The position numbers and the translations under genes are program-made. The notes beneath the pieces were generated by a model, which saw nothing but the letters and a program-made list of their open reading frames with translations, made no database searches and was not told the origin of the DNA. This document shows positions 39,425 through 60,920 of a stretch of DNA of 64,000 nt, piece by piece. This DNA comes from the human T2T-CHM13v2.0 reference genome, Homo sapiens. Where the stretch lies: assembly GCF_009914755.1 (NCBI RefSeq), contig NC_060948.1; one strand, written 5' to 3'. Every line of letters begins with the position of its first letter. The first letter of the stretch is position 1.

Positions 39425-41527
39425 AGATCCGTATTTTTTAAATGAAAAAAAATTTCAAAGGTACTCTGCTTGGTACAATAATCAAATGTATAAACAGAGG
39501 AATAAAACATAACCATGAAACCTACTTATAACTGCATATGGAAAATACAGAGGATAATTTTTTAAATAACATATTTTGAAAGCCTTAACTAGTAATTTGA
39601 AGAGTTGGCATTTGAAAGGCCAGTATGAATATACCTTCAAAGCAGCAACACAGGTTCCCCATGAGAAAAAGCAAACACAGGGAAAATAAAAACACAAAGG
39701 TTCAATCTCTTCTGACCTTTGAAAGACACAGCACAGACAGTGGTCCTTAGGACGAAGAGCAGGAGACCCCTAATTCCGTCACCATGGCGATAGGGCATAA
39801 ACACTGCTGGGTGAGGGCACAATCCACATTGTGAGGTCCAACTGCTGCCAGGAAGACAGGAGTGCTTTTACATAGACCGAAAGGTCATTGAAGGCTCAGA
39901 GTTTTGTTTCAAGAACTGAATCCCAAGCCCACACGTTATTAGGCTGCGCTTCTTTAAACAAGTTATGAGATGGGAAAAAGGGCACCCACAAACATACGTA
40001 TACATTATGTATATAATAATATACAGTATCATATATATAATATATATAACCTATGTATAATATTGTTTTACATCCTGCATCTTATGTTATATATATTGTA
40101 TAAAATATAATAATTGATAATATATAAGTTTTATAATTATACAATATGACATATAGTATATATTATAATTTATGACATATATAATATATGTTATATATCA
40201 TATATGGAATATATTATACGGTTAATATACGTATTAAATATAAATTATACATTATATATATTATATATAATATATCTGTTATATATAATACCCATTATGC
40301 ATAATATATATATTATGTCTATGTTATATATAGTATAAAACAACATATAATAATATATAATTGTATATATAAAATGCGACATATAATATATATTATATTT
40401 TATAACATATGTAATATATATTATATATTATATATAATACGTTGTATGTATAATACCTATATTAAATATATATTATATGACTATGTTATTAATTACATGT
40501 CACATGTGTTATATATTATATATTTTACATAGAATATACCGGTTACATACAATATATACTATGTTACCTATAATGTATAATTTATTACATGTAAAATAAA
40601 GAATGCAATATATTATGTAAAATTTATAATATACAATATGTGGAATGTGATATATGTAACATATAATATATGATATATGATATACAGTATATGATATATA
40701 ACATACAATATATGATTCCTAATATATATGGTATACAGTATATATTTTATGATATGTATTCTATATGTTTTATATTCTGTTATATATAACTATTTGAAAT
40801 TATATATAACTGTATAATATTTTATGTAAATATGTAATATAATATATATAACTATATAATATATTATATATAACTATATATTATGTTATGTATACTTTTA
40901 TAACATAATTTACATAAAATATCATAATATAATATATATTATATTATTTCATATTACATAATATATATTACATATCACCCAATATAACTAACATACATAA
41001 TATTATAATATAGATTATATTATGTTATATTAAATATCATATATATCATGTATCATATATTCTATAATATATATTACACATTATATAATATGTATGTTGT
41101 CTATTATGTGATATATATAACTATATATAATTATATTTTTATACATATAACTAGATAAACATGTAATTCTACATATTTTCATTTATAATATGTAGAATTA
41201 TATAATCATATATAATTATTTATATTCTATAAAAAATTTTATCATTATATAAATTATAATATATAAAAATTATAATATGTACTACAAATATATATATTAT
41301 ATATCATATATGATATAATACCTTTGTTATATATCATAATACATATAAATGTGTATTATGTTATCTATAATTATATAATTTCATATATAAGGTGTATAAT
41401 ATGTATCATATATTATATATGTTATGTAATATATATAGCATATATAAGATGACACAGGATAAATATTATATACTATGACATATAAAATATATGAGGTTAT
41501 ATGTTACATATAAGGCATAGCACATAA

Positions 41528-41842
<315 letters not shown>

Positions 41843-43949
41843 AGATCCATATTTTTTAAATGAAAAAAAATTTCAAAGGTACTCTGCTTGGTACAATAAT
41901 CAAATGTATAAACTGAGGAATAAAACATAACCATGAAACCTACTTATAACTGCATATGGAAAATACAGAGGATAATTTTTTAAATAACATATTTTGAAAG
42001 CCTTAACTAGTAATTTGAAGAGTTGGCATTTGAAAGGCCAGTATGAATATACCTTCAAAGCAGCAACACAGGTTCCCCATGAGAAAAAGCAAACACAGGG
42101 AAAATAAAAACACAAAGGTTCAATCTCTTCTGACCTTTGAAAGACACAGCACAGACAGTGGTCCTTAGGACGAAGAGCAGGAGACCCCTAATTCCGTCAC
42201 CATGGCGATAGGGCATAAACATTGCTGGGTGAGGGCACAATCCACATTGTGAGGTCCAACTGCTGCCAGGAAGACAGGAGTGCTTTTACATAGACCGAAA
42301 GGTCATTGAAGGCTCAGAGTTTTGTTTCAAGAACTGAATCCCAAGCCCACACGTTATTAGGCTGCGCTTCTTAAAACAAGTTATGAGATGGGAAAAAGGG
42401 CACCCACAAACATACGTATACATTATGTATATAATAATATACAGTATCATATATATAATATATATAACCTATGTATAATATTGTTTTACATCCTGCATCT
42501 TATGTTATATATATTGTATAAAATATAATAATTGATAATATATAAGTTTTATATTTATACAATATGACATATAGTATATATTATAATTTATGACATATAT
42601 AATATATGTTATATATCATATATAGAATATATTATACGGTTAATATACGTATTAAATATAAATTATACATTATATATATTATATATAATATATCTGTTAT
42701 ATATAATACCCATTATGCATAATATATATATTATGTCTATGTTATATATAGTATAAAACAACATATAATAATATATAATTGTATATATAAAATGCGACAT
42801 ATAATATATATTATATTTTATAACATATGTAATATATATTATATATTATATATAATACGTTGTATGTATAATACCTATATTAAATATATATTATATGACT
42901 ATGTTATTAATTACATGTCACATGTGTTATATATTATATATTTTACATAGAATATACCGGTTACATACAATATATACTATGTTACCTATAATGTATAATT
43001 GATTACATGTAAAATAAATAATGCAATATATTATGTATAATTTATAATATACAATATGTGGAATGTGACATATGTAACATATAATATATGATATATGATA
43101 TACAGTATATGATATATAACATACAATATATGATTCCTAATATATATGGTATACAATATATATTTTATGATATGTATTCTATATGTTTTATATTCTGTTA
43201 TATATAACTATTTGAAATTATATATAACTGTATAATATTTTATGTAAATATGTAATATAATATATATAACTATATAATATATTATATATAACTATATATT
43301 ATGTTATATATACTTTTATAACATAATTTACATAAAATATCATAATATAATATATATTATATTATTTCATATTACAGAATATATATTACATATCACCCTA
43401 TATAACTAACATACATAATATTATAATATAGATTATATTATGTTATATTAAATATCATATATATCATGTATCATATATTCTATAATATATATTACACATT
43501 ATATAATATGTATGTTGTCTATTATGTGATATATATAACTATATATATAATTATATTTTTATACATATAACTAGATAAACATGTAATTCTACATATTTTC
43601 ATTTGTAATATGTAGAATTATATAATCATACATAATTATTTATAATCTATAAAAAATTTTATCATTATATAAATTATAATATATAAAAATTATAATATGT
43701 ACTACAAATATATATATATTATATATCATATATGATATAGTACCTTTGTTATATATCATAATACATATAAATGTGTATTATGTTATCTATAATTATATAA
43801 TTTCATATATAAGATGTATAATATGTATCATATATTATATATGTTATGTAATATATATAGTATATATAAGATGACACAGGATAAATATTATATACTATGA
43901 CATATAAAATATATGAGGTTATATGTTACATATAAGGCATAGCACATAA

Positions 43950-44264
<315 letters not shown>

Positions 44265-46369
44265 AGATCCGTATTTTTTAAATGAAAAAAAATTTCAAAG
44301 GTACTCTGCTTGGTACAATAATCAAATGTATAAACTGAGGAATAAAACATAACCATGAAACCTACTTATAACTGCATATGGAAAATACAGAGGATAATTT
44401 TTTAAATAACATATTTTGAAAGCCTTAACTAGTAATTTGAAGAGTTGGCATTTGAAAGGCCAGTATGAATATACCTTCAAAGCAGCAACACAGGTTCCCC
44501 ATGAGAAAAAGCAAACACAGGGAAAATAAAAACACAAAGGTTCAATCTCTTCTGACCTTTGAAAGACACAGCACAGACAGTGGTCCTTAGGACGAAGAGC
44601 AGGAGACCCCTAATTCCGTCACCATGGCGATAGGGCATAAACATTGCTGGGTGAGGGCACAATCCACATTGTGAGGTCCAACTGCTGCCAGGAAGACAGG
44701 AGTGCTTTTACATAGACCGAAAGGTCATTGAAGGCTCAGAGTTTTGTTTCAAGAACTGAATCCCAAGCCCACACGTTATTAGGCTGCGCTTCTTAAAACA
44801 AGTTATGAGATGGGAAAAAGGGCACCCACAAACATACGTATACATTATGTATATAATAATATACAGTATCATATATATAATATATATAACCTATGTATAA
44901 TATTGTTTTACATCCTGCATCTTATGTTATATATATTGTATAAAATATAATAATTGATAATATATAAGTTTTATAATTATACAATATGACATATAGTATA
45001 TATTATAATGTATGACATATATAATATATGTTATATATCATATATAGAGTATATTATACGGTTAATATACGTATTAAATATAAATTATACCTTATATATA
45101 TTATATATAATATATCTGTTATATATAATACCCATTATGCATAATATATATATTATGTCTGTTATATATAGTATAAAACAACATATAATAATATATAATT
45201 GTATATATAAAATGCGACATATAATATATATTATATTTTATAACATATGTAATATATATTATATATTATATATAATACGTTGTATGTATAATACCTATAT
45301 TAAATATATATTATATGACTATGTTATTAATTACATGTCACATGTGTTATATATTATATATTTTACATAGAATATACCGGTTACATACAATATATACTAT
45401 GTTACCTATAATGTATAATTTATTACATGTAAAATAAATAATGCAATATATTATGTAAAATTTATAATATACAATATGTGGAATGTGATATATGTAACAT
45501 ATAATATATGATATATGATATACAGTATATGATATGTAACATACAATATATGATTCCTAATATATATGGTATACAATATATATTTTATGATATGTATTCT
45601 ATATGTTTTATATTCTGTTATTTATAACTATTTGAATTTATATATAACTGTATAATATTTTATGTAAATATGAAATATAATATATATAACTATATAATAT
45701 ATTATATATAACTATATATTATGTTATGTATACTTTTATAACATAATTTACATAAAATATCATAATATAATATATATTATATTATTTCATATTACATAAT
45801 ATATATTACATATCACCCAATATAACTAACAAACATAATATTATAATATAGATTATATTATGTTATATTAAATATCATATATATCATGTATCATATATTC
45901 TATAATATATATTACACATTATATAATATGTATGTTGTCTATTATGTGATATATATAACTATATATATAATTATATTTTTATACATATAACTAGATAAAC
46001 ATGTAATTCTACATATTTTCATTTATAATATGTAGAATTATATAATCATACATAATTATTTATATTCTATAAAAAATTTTATCATTATATAAATTATAAT
46101 ATATAAAAATTATAATATGTACTACAAATATATATATATTATATATCATATATGATATAGTACCTTTGTTATATATCATAATACATATAAATGTGTATTA
46201 TGTTATCTATAATTATATAATTTCATATATAAGATGTATAATATGTATCATATATTATATATGTTATGTAATATATATAGTATATATAAGATGACACAGG
46301 ATAAATATTATATACTATGACATATAAAATATATGAGGTTATATGTTACATATAAGGCATAGCACATAA

Positions 46370-46684
<315 letters not shown>

Positions 46685-48791
46685 AGATCCATATTTTTTA
46701 AATGAAAAAAAATTTCAAAGGTACTCTGCTTGGTACAATAATCAAATGTATAAACTGAGGAATAAAACATAACCATGAAACCTACTTATAACTGCATATG
46801 GAAAATACAGAGGATAATTTTTTAAATAACATATTTTGAAAGCCTTAACTAGTAATTTGAAGAGTTGGCATTTGAAAGGCCAGTATGAATATACCTTCAA
46901 AGCAGCAACACAGGTTCCCCATGAGAAAAAGCAAACACAGGGAAAATAAAAACACAAAGGTTCAATCTCTTCTGACCTTTGAAAGACACAGCACAGACAG
47001 TGGTCCTTAGGACGAAGAGCAGGAGACCCCTAATTCCGTCACCATGGCGATAGGGCATAAACATTGCTGGGTGAGGGCACAATCCACATTGTGAGGTCCA
47101 ACTGCTGCCAGGAAGACAGGAGTGCTTTTACATAGACCGAAAGGTCATTGAAGGCTCAGAGTTTTGTTTCAAGAACTGAATCCCAAGCCCACACGTTATT
47201 AGGCTGCGCTTCTTAAAACAAGTTATGAGATGGGAAAAAGGGCACCCACAAACATACGTATACATTATGTATATAATAATATACAGTATCATATATATAA
47301 TATATATAACCTATGTATAATATTGTTTTACATCCTGCATCTTATGTTATATATATTGTATAAAATATAATAATTGATAATATATAAGTTTTATAATTAT
47401 ACAATATGACATATAGTATATATTATAATTGATGACATATATAATATATGTTATATATCATATATAGAGTATATTATACGGTTAATATACGTATTAAATA
47501 TAAATTATACCTTATACATATTATATATAATATATCTGTTATATATAATACCCATTATGCATAATATATATATTATGTCTATGTTATATATAGTATAAAA
47601 CAACATATAATAATATATAATTGTATATATAAAATGCGACATATAATATATATTATATTTTATAACATATGTAATATATATCATATATTATATATAATAC
47701 GTTGTATGTATAATACCTATATTAAATATATATTATATGACTATGTTATTAATTACATGTCACATGTGTTATATATTATATATTTTACATAGAATATACC
47801 GGTTACATACAATATATACTATGTTACCTATAATGTATAATTTATTACATGTAAAATAAAGAATGCAATATATTATGTATAATTTATAATATACAATATG
47901 TGGAATGTGACATATGTAACATATAATATATGATATATGATATACAGTATATGATATATAACATACAATATATGATTCCTAATATATATGGTATACAATA
48001 TATATTTTATGATATGTATTCTATATGTTTTATATTCTGTTATATATAACTATTTGAAATTATATATAACTGTATAATATTTTATGTAAATATGTAATAT
48101 AATATATATAACTATATAATATATTATATATAACTATATATTATGTTATATATACTTTTATAACATAATTTACATAAAATATCATAATATAATATATATT
48201 ATATTATTTCATATTACATAATATATATTACATATCACCCAATATAACTAACATACATAATATTATAATATAGATTATATTATGTTATATTAAATATCAT
48301 ATATATCATGTATCATATATTCTATAATATATATTACACATTATATAATATGTATGTTGTCTATTATGTGATATATATAACTATATATATAATTATATTT
48401 TTATACATATAACTAGATAAACATGTAATTCTACATATTTTCATTTGTAATATGTAGAATTATATAATCATATATAATTATTTATATTCTATAAAAAATT
48501 TTATCATTATATAAATTATAATATATAAAAATTATAATATGTACTACAAATATATATATATTATATATCATATATGATATAGTACCTTTGTTATATATCA
48601 TAATACATATAAATGTGTATTATGTTATCTATAATTATATAATTTCATATATAAGATGTATAATATGTATCATATATTATATATGTTATGTAATATATAT
48701 AGTATATATAAGATGACACAGGATAAATATTATATACTATGACATATAAAATATATGAGGTTATATGTTACATATAAGGCATAGCACATAA

Positions 48792-49106
<315 letters not shown>

Positions 49107-51213
49107 AGATCCGTATTTTTTAAATGAAAAAAAATTTCAAAGGTACTCTGCTTGGTACAATAATCAAATGTATAAACTGAGGAATAAAACATAACCATGA
49201 AACCTACTTATAACTGCATATGGAAAATACAGAGGATAATTTTTTAAATAACATATTTTGAAAGCCTTAACTAGTAATTTGAAGAGTTGGCATTTGAAAG
49301 GCCAGTATGAATATACCTTCAAAGCAGCAACACAGGTTCCCCATGAGAAAAAGCAAACACAGGGAAAATAAAAACACAAAGGTTCAATCTCTTCTGACCT
49401 TTGAAAGACACAGCACAGACAGTGGTCCTTAGGACGAAGAGCAGGAGACCCCTAATTCCGTCACCATGGCGATAGGGCATAAACATTGCTGGGTGAGGGC
49501 ACAATCCACATTGTGAGGTCCAACTGCTGCCAGGAAGACAGGAGTGCTTTTACATAGACCGAAAGGTCATTGAAGGCTCAGAGTTTTGTTTCAAGAACTG
49601 AATCCCAAGCCCACACGTTATTAGGCTGCGCTTCTTAAAACAAGTTATGAGATGGGAAAAAGGGCACCCACAAACATACGTATACATTATGTATATAATA
49701 ATATACAGTATCATATATATAATATATATAACCTATGTATAATATTGTTTTACATCCTGCATCTTATGTTATATATATTGTATAAAATATAATAATTGAT
49801 AATATATAAGTTTTATAATTATACAATATGACATATAGTATATATTATAATTTATGACATATATAATATATGTTATATGTCATATATAGAATATATTATA
49901 CGGTTAATATACGTATTAAATATAAATTATACATTATATATATTATATATAATATATCTGTTATATATAATACCCATTATGCATAATATATATATTATGT
50001 CTATGTTATATATAGTATAAAACATCATATAATAATATATAATTGTATATATAAAATGCGACATATAATATATATTATATTTTATAACATATGTAATATA
50101 TATCATATATTATATATAATACGTTGTATGTATAATACCTATATTAAATATATATTATATGACTATGTTATTAATTACATGTCACATGTGTTATATATTA
50201 TATATTTTACATAGAATATACCGGTTACATACAATATATACTATGTTACCTATAATGTATAATTGATTACATGTAAAATAAAGAATGCAATATATTATGT
50301 AAAATTTATAATATACAATATGTGGAATGTGACATATGTAACATATAATATATGATATATGATATACAGTATATGATATATAACATACAATATATGATTC
50401 CTAATATATATGGTATACAATATATATTTTATGATATGTATTCTATATGTTTTATATTCTGTTATATATAACTATTTGAAATTATATATAACTGTATAAT
50501 ATTTTATGTAAATATGTAATATAATATATATAACTATATAATATATTATATATAACTATATATTATGTTATATATACTTTTATAACATAATTTACATAAA
50601 ATATCATAATATAATATATATTATATTATTTCATATTACATAATATATATTACATATCACCCAATATAACTAACATACATAATATTATAATATAGATTAT
50701 ATTATGTTATATTAAATATCATATATATCATGTATCATATATTCTATAATATATATTACACATTATATAATATGTATGTTGTCTATTATGTCATATATAT
50801 AACTATATATATAATTATATTTTTATACATATAACTAGATAAACATGTAATTCTACATATTTTCATTTGTAATATGTAGAATTATATAATCATATATAAT
50901 TATTTATATTCTATAAAAAATTTTATCATTATATAAATTATAATATATAAAAATTATAATATGTACTACAAATATATATATATTATATATCATATATGAT
51001 ATAGTACCTTTGTTATATATCATAATACATATAAATGTGTATTATGTTATCTATAATTATATAATTTCATATATAAGATGTATAATATGTATCATATATT
51101 ATATATGTTATGTAATATATATAGTATATATAAGATGACACAGGATAAATATTATATACTATGACATATAAAATATATGAGGTTATATGTTACATATAAG
51201 GCATAGCACATAA

Positions 51214-51528
<315 letters not shown>

Positions 51529-53635
51529 AGATCCGTATTTTTTAAATGAAAAAAAATTTCAAAGGTACTCTGCTTGGTACAATAATCAAATGTATAAACT
51601 GAGGAATAAAACATAACCATGAAACCTACTTATAACTGCATATGGAAAATACAGAGGATAATTTTTTAAATAACATATTTTGAAAGCCTTAACTAGTAAT
51701 TTGAAGAGTTGGCATTTGAAAGGCCAGTATGAATATACCTTCAAAGCAGCAACACAGGTTCCCCATGAGAAAAAGCAAACACAGGGAAAATAAAAACACA
51801 AAGGTTCAATCTCTTCTGACCTTTGAAAGACACAGCACAGACAGTGGTCCTTAGGACGAAGAGCAGGAGACCCCTAATTCCGTCACCATGGCGATAGGGC
51901 ATAAACATTGCTGGGTGAGGGCACAATCCACATTGTGAGGTCCAACTGCTGCCAGGAAGACAGGAGTGCTTTTACATAGACCGAAAGGTCATTGAAGGCT
52001 CAGAGTTTTGTTTCAAGAACTGAATCCCAAGCCCACACGTTATTAGGCTGCGCTTCTTAAAACAAGTTATGAGATGGGAAAAAGGGCACCCACAAACATA
52101 CGTATACATTATGTATATAATAATATACAGTATCATATATATAATATATATAACCTATGTATAATATTGTTTTACATCCTGCATCTTATGTTATATATAT
52201 TGTATAAAATATAATAATTGATAATATATAAGTTTTATAATTATACAATATGACATATAGTATATATTATAATTTATGACATATATAATATATGTTATAT
52301 ATCATATATAGAATATATTATACGGTTAATATACGTATTAAATATAAATTATACCTTATATATATTATATATAATATATCTGTTATATATAATACCCATT
52401 ATGCATAATATATATATTATGTCTATGTTATATATAGTATAAAACAACATATAATAATATATAATTGTATATATAAAATGCGACATATAATATATATTAT
52501 ATTTTATAACATATGTAATATATATTATATATTATATATAATACGTTGTATGTATAATACCTATATTAAATATATATTATATGACTATGTTATTAATTAC
52601 ATGTCACATGTGTTATATATTATATATTTTACATAGAATATACCGGTTACATACAATATATACTATGTTACCTATAATGTATAATTTATTACATGTAAAA
52701 TAAAGAATGCAATATATTATGTATAATTTATAATATACAATATGTGGAATGTGACATATGTAACATATAATATATGATATATGATATACAGTATATGATA
52801 TATAACATACAATATATGATTCCTAATATATATGGTATACAATATATATTTTATGATATGTATTCTATATGTTTTATATTCTGTTATATATAACTATTTG
52901 AAATTATATATAACTGTATAATATTTTATGTAAATATGTAATATAATATATATAACTATATAATATATTATATATAACTATATATTATGTTATATATACT
53001 TTTATAACATAATTTACATAAAATATCATAATATAATATATATTATATTATTTCATATTACATAATATATATTACATATCACCCAATATAACTAACATAC
53101 ATAATATTATAATATAGATTATATTATGTTATATTAAATATCTTATATATCATGTATCATATATTCTATAATATATATTACACATTATATAATATGTATG
53201 TTGTCTATTATGTGATATATATAACTCAATATATAATTATATTTTTATACATATAACTAGATAAACATGTAATTCTACATATTTTCATTTATAATATGTA
53301 GAATTATATAATCATATATAATTATTTATATTCTATAAAAAATTTTATCATTATATAAATTATAATATATAAAAATTATAATATGTACTACAAATATATA
53401 TATATTATATATCATATATGATATAGTACCTTTGTTATATATCATAATACATATAAATGTGTATTATGTTATCTATAATTATATAATTTCATATATAAGA
53501 TGTATAATATGTATCATATATTATATATGTTATGTAATATATATGGTATATATAAGATGACACAGGATAAATATTATATACTATGACATATAAAATATAT
53601 GAGGTTATATGTTACATATAAGGCATAGCACATAA

Positions 53636-53950
<315 letters not shown>

Positions 53951-56055
53951 AGATCCATATTTTGTAAATGAAAAAAAATTTCAAAGGTACTCTGCTTGGT
54001 ACAATAATCAAATGTATAAACTGAGGAATAAAACATAACCATGAAACCTACTTATAACTGCATATGGAAAATACAGAGGATAATTTTTTAAATAACATAT
54101 TTTGAAAGCCTTAACTAGTAATTTGAAGAGTTGGCATTTGAAAGGCCAGTATGAATAAACCTTCAAAGCAGCAACACAGGTTCCCCATGAGAAAAAGCAA
54201 ACACAGGGAAAATAAAAACACAAAGGTTCAATCTCTTCTGACCTTTGAAAGACACAGCACAGACAGTGGTCCTTAGGACGAAGAGCAGGAGACCCCTAAT
54301 TCCGTCACCATGGCGATAGGGCATAAACATTGCTGGGTGAGGGCACAATCCACATTGTGAGGTCCAACTGCTGCCAGGAAGACAGGAGTGCTTTTACATA
54401 GACCGAAAGGTCATTGAAGGCTCAGAGTTTTGTTTCAAGAACTGAATCCCAAGCCCACACGTTATTAGGCTGCGCTTCTTAAAACAAGTTATGAGATGGG
54501 AAAAAGGGCACCCACAAACATACGTATACATTATGTATATAATAATATACTGTATCATATATATAATATATATAACCTATGTATAATATTGTTTTACATC
54601 CTGCATCTTATGTTATATATATTGTATAAAATATAATAATTGATAATATATAAGTTTTATAATTATACAATATGACATATAGTATATATTATAATTTATG
54701 ACATATATAATATATGTTATATATCATATATAGAATATATTATACGGTTAATATACGTATTAAATATAAATTATACCTTATATATATTATATATAATATA
54801 TCTGTTATATATAATACCCATTATGCATAATATATATATTATGTCTATGTTATATATAGTATAAAACAACATATAATAATATATAATTGTATATATAAAA
54901 TGCGACATATAATATATATTATATTTTATAACATATGTAATATATATCATATATTATATATAATACGTTGTATGTATAATACCTATATTAAATATATATT
55001 ATATGACTATGTTATTAATTACATGTCACATGTGTTATATATTATATATTTTACATAGAATATACCGGTTACATACAATATATACTATGTTACCTATAAT
55101 GTATAATTGATTACATGTAAAATAAAGAATGCAATATATTATGTATAATTTATAATATACAATATGTGGAATGTGACATATGTAACATATAATATATGAT
55201 ATATGATATACAGTATATGATATATAACATACAATATATGATTCCTAATATATATGGTATACAATATATATTTTATGATATGTATTCTATATGTTTTATA
55301 TTCTGTTATATATAACTATTTGAAATTATATATAACTGTATAATATTTTATGTAAATATGTAATATAATATATATAACTATATAATATATTATATATAAC
55401 TATATATTATGTTATATATACTTTTATAACATAATTTACATAAAATATCATAATATAATATATATTATATTATTTCATATTACATAATATATATTACATA
55501 TCACCCAATATAACTAACATACATAATATTATAATATAGATTATATTATGTTATATTAAATATCATATATATCATGTATCATATATTCTATAATATATAT
55601 TACACATTATATAATATGTATGTTGTCTATTACGTGATATATATAACTCAATATATAATTATATTTTTATACATATAACTAGATAAACATGTAATTCTAC
55701 ATATTTTCATTTATAATATGTAGAATTATATAATCATATATAATTATTTATATTCTATAAAAAATTTTATCATTATATAAATTATAATATATAAAAATTA
55801 TAATATGTACTACAAATATATATATTATATATCATATATGATATAGTACCTTTGTTATATATCATAATACATATAAATGTGTATTATGTTATCTATAATT
55901 ATATAATTTCATATATAAGATGTATAATATGTATCATATATTATATATGTTATGTAATATATATAGTATATATAAGATGACACAGGATAAATATTATATA
56001 CTATGACATATAAAATATATGAGGTTATATGTTACATATAAGGCATAGCACATAA

Positions 56056-56370
<315 letters not shown>

Positions 56371-58475
56371 AGATCCATATTTTGTAAATGAAAAAAAATT
56401 TCAAAGGTACTCTGCTTGGTACAATAATCAAATGTATAAACTGAGGAATAAAACATAACCATGAAACCTACTTATAACTGCATATGGAAAATACAGAGGA
56501 TAATTTTTTAAATAACATATTTTGAAAGCCTTAACTAGTAATTTGAAGAGTTGGCATTTGAAAGGCCAGTATGAATATACCTTCAAAGCAGCAACACAGG
56601 TTCCCCATGAGAAAAAGCAAACACAGGGAAAATAAAAACACAAAGGTTCAATCTCTTCTGACCTTTGAAAGACACAGCACAGACAGTGGTCCTTAGGACG
56701 AAGAGCAGGAGACCCCTAATTCCGTCACCATGGCGATAGGGCATAAACATTGCTGGGTGAGGGCACAATCCACATTGTGAGGTCCAACTGCTGCCAGGAA
56801 GACAGGAGTGCTTTTACATAGACCGAAAGGTCATTGAAGGCTCAGAGTTTTGTTTCAAGAACTGAATCCCAAGCCCACACGTTATTAGGCTGCGCTTCTT
56901 AAAACAAGTTATGAGATGGGAAAAAGGGCACCCACAAACATACGTATACATTATGTATATAATAATATACAGTATCATATATATAATATATATAACCTAT
57001 GTATAATATTGTTTTACATCCTGCATCTTATGTTATATATATTGTATAAAATATAATAATTGATAATATATAAGTTTTATAATTATACAATATGACATAT
57101 AGTATATATTATAATTGATGACATATATAATATATGTTATATATCATATATAGAGTATATTATACGGTTAATATACGTATTAAATATAAATTATACCTTA
57201 TACATATTATATATAATATATCTGTTATATATAATACCCATTATGCATAATATATATATTATGTCTATGTTATATATAGTATAAAACAACATATAATAAT
57301 ATATAATTGTATATATAAAATGCGACATATAATATATATTATATTTTATAACATATGTAATATATATCATATATTATATATAATACGTTGTATGTATAAT
57401 ACCTATATTAAATATATATTATATGACTATGTTATTAATTACATGTCACATGTGTTATATATTATATATTTTACATAGAATATACCGGTTACATACAATA
57501 TATACTATGTTACCTATAATGTATAATTTATTACATGTAAAATAAAGAATGCAATATATTATGTATAATTTATAATATACAATATGTGGAATGTGACATA
57601 TGTAACATATAATATATGATATATGATATACAGTATATGATATATAACATACAATATATGATTCCTAATATATATGGTATACAATATATATTTTATGATA
57701 TGTATTCTATATGTTTTATATTCTGTTATATATAACTATTTGAAATTATATATAACTGTATAATATTTTATGTAAATATGTAATATAATATATATAACTA
57801 TATAATATATTATATATAACTATATATTATGTTATATATACTTTTATAACATAATTTACATAAAATATCATAATATAATATATATTATATTATTTCATAT
57901 TACATAATATATATTACATATCACCCAATATAACTAACATACATAATATTATAATATAGATTATATTATGTTATATTAAATATCATATATATCATGTATC
58001 ATATATTCTATAATATATATTACACATTATATAATATGTATGTTGTCTATTACGTGATATATATAACTCAATATATAATTATATTTTTATACATATAACT
58101 AGATAAACATGTAATTCTACATATTTTCATTTATAATATGTAGAATTATATAATCATATATAATTATTTATATTCTATAAAAAATTTTATCATTATATAA
58201 ATTATAATATATAAAAATTATAATATGTACTACAAATATATATATTATATATCATATATGATATAGTACCTTTGTTATATATCATAATACATATAAATGT
58301 GTATTATGTTATCTATAATTATATAATTTCATATATAAGATGTATAATATGTATCATATATTATATATGTTATGTAATATATATAGTATATATAAGATGA
58401 CACAGGATAAATATTATATACTATGACATATAAAATATATGAGGTTATATGTTACATATAAGGCATAGCACATAA

Positions 58476-58790
<315 letters not shown>

Positions 58791-60920
58791 AGATCCATAT
58801 TTTTTAAATGAAAAAAAATTTCAAAGGTACTCTGCTTGGTACAATAATCAAATGTATAAACTGAGGAATAAAACATAACCATGAAACCTACTTATAACTG
58901 CATATGGAAAATACAGAGGATAATTTTTTAAATAACATATTTTGAAAGCCTTAACTAGTAATTTGAAGAGTTGGCATTTGAAAGGCCAGTATGAATATAC
59001 CTTCAAAGCAGCAACACAGGTTCCCCATGAGAAAAAGCAAACACAGGGAAAATAAAAACACAAAGGTTCAATCTCTTCTGACCTTTGAAAGACACAGCAC
59101 AGACAGTGGTCCTTAGGACGAAGAGCAGGAGACCCCTAATTCCGTCACCATGGCGATAGGGCATAAACATTGCTGGGTGAGGGCACAATCCACATTGTGA
59201 GGTCCAACTGCTGCCAGGAAGACAGGAGTGCTTTTACATAGACCGAAAGGTCATTGAAGGCTCAGAGTTTTGTTTCAAGAACTGAATCCCAAGCCCACAC
59301 GTTATTAGGCTGCGCTTCTTAAAACAAGTTATGAGATGGGAAAAAGGGCACCCACAAACATACGTATACATTATGTATATAATAATATACAGTATCATAT
59401 ATATAATATATATAACCTATGTATAATATTGTTTTACATCCTGCATCTTATGTTATATATATTGTATAAAATATAATAATTGATAATATATAAGTTTTAT
59501 AATTATACAATATGACATATAGTATATATTATAATTGATGACATATATAATATATGTTATATATCATATATAGAGTATATTATACGGTTAATATACGTAT
59601 TAAATATAAATTATACCTTATACATATTATATATAATATATCTGTTATATATAATACCCATTATGCATAATATATATATTATGTCTATGTTATATATAGT
59701 ATAAAACAACATATAATAATATATAATTGTATATATAAAATGCGACATATAATATATATTATATTTTATAACATATGTAATATATATCATATATTATATA
59801 TAATACGTTGTATGTATAATACCTATATTAAATATATATTATATGACTATGTTATTAATTACATGTCACATGTGTTATATATTATATATTTTACATAGAA
59901 TATACCGGTTACATACAATATATACTATGTTACCTATAATGTATAATTTATTACATGTAAAATAAAGAATGCAATATATTATGTATAATTTATAATATAC
60001 AATATGTGGAATGTGACATATGTAACATATAATATATGATATATGATATACAGTATATGATATATAACATACAATATATGATTCCTAATATATATGGTAT
60101 ACAATATATATTTTATGATATGTATTCTATATGTTTTATATTCTGTTATATATAACTATTTGAAATTATATATAACTGTATAATATTTTATGTAAATATG
60201 TAATATAATATATATAACTATATAATATATTATATATAACTATATATTATGTTATATATACTTTTATAACATAATTTACATAAAATATCATAATATAATA
60301 TATATTATATTATTTCATATTACATAATATATATTACATATCACCCAATATAACTAACATACATAATATTATAATATAGATTATATTATGTTATATTAAA
60401 TATCATATATATCATGTATCATATATTCTATAATATATATTACACATTATATAATATGTATGTTGTCTATTATGTGATATATATAACTATATATATAATT
60501 ATATTTTTATACATATAACTAGATAAACATGTAATTCTACATATTTTCATTTGTAATATGTAGAATTATATAATCATATATAATTATTTATATTCTATAA
60601 AAAATTTTATCATTATATAAATTATAATATATAAAAATTATAATATGTACTACAAATATATATATATTATATATCATATATGATATAGTACCTTTGTTAT
60701 ATATCATAATACATATAAATGTGTATTATGTTATCTATAATTATATAATTTCATATACAAGATGTATAATATGTATCATATATTATATATGTTATGTAAT
60801 ATATATAGTATATATAAGATGACACAGGATAAATATTATATACTATGACATATAAAATATATGAGGTTATATGTTACATATAAGGCATAGCACATAACAT
60901 GTAATATATATCATATATAA

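Noticed and set aside
45008-45370. 120-aa Ile/Tyr-rich ORF unique to unit 19
   Set aside because: Translation of TA low-complexity DNA, produced by a T>G change creating ATG and a 2-bp deletion near 45160
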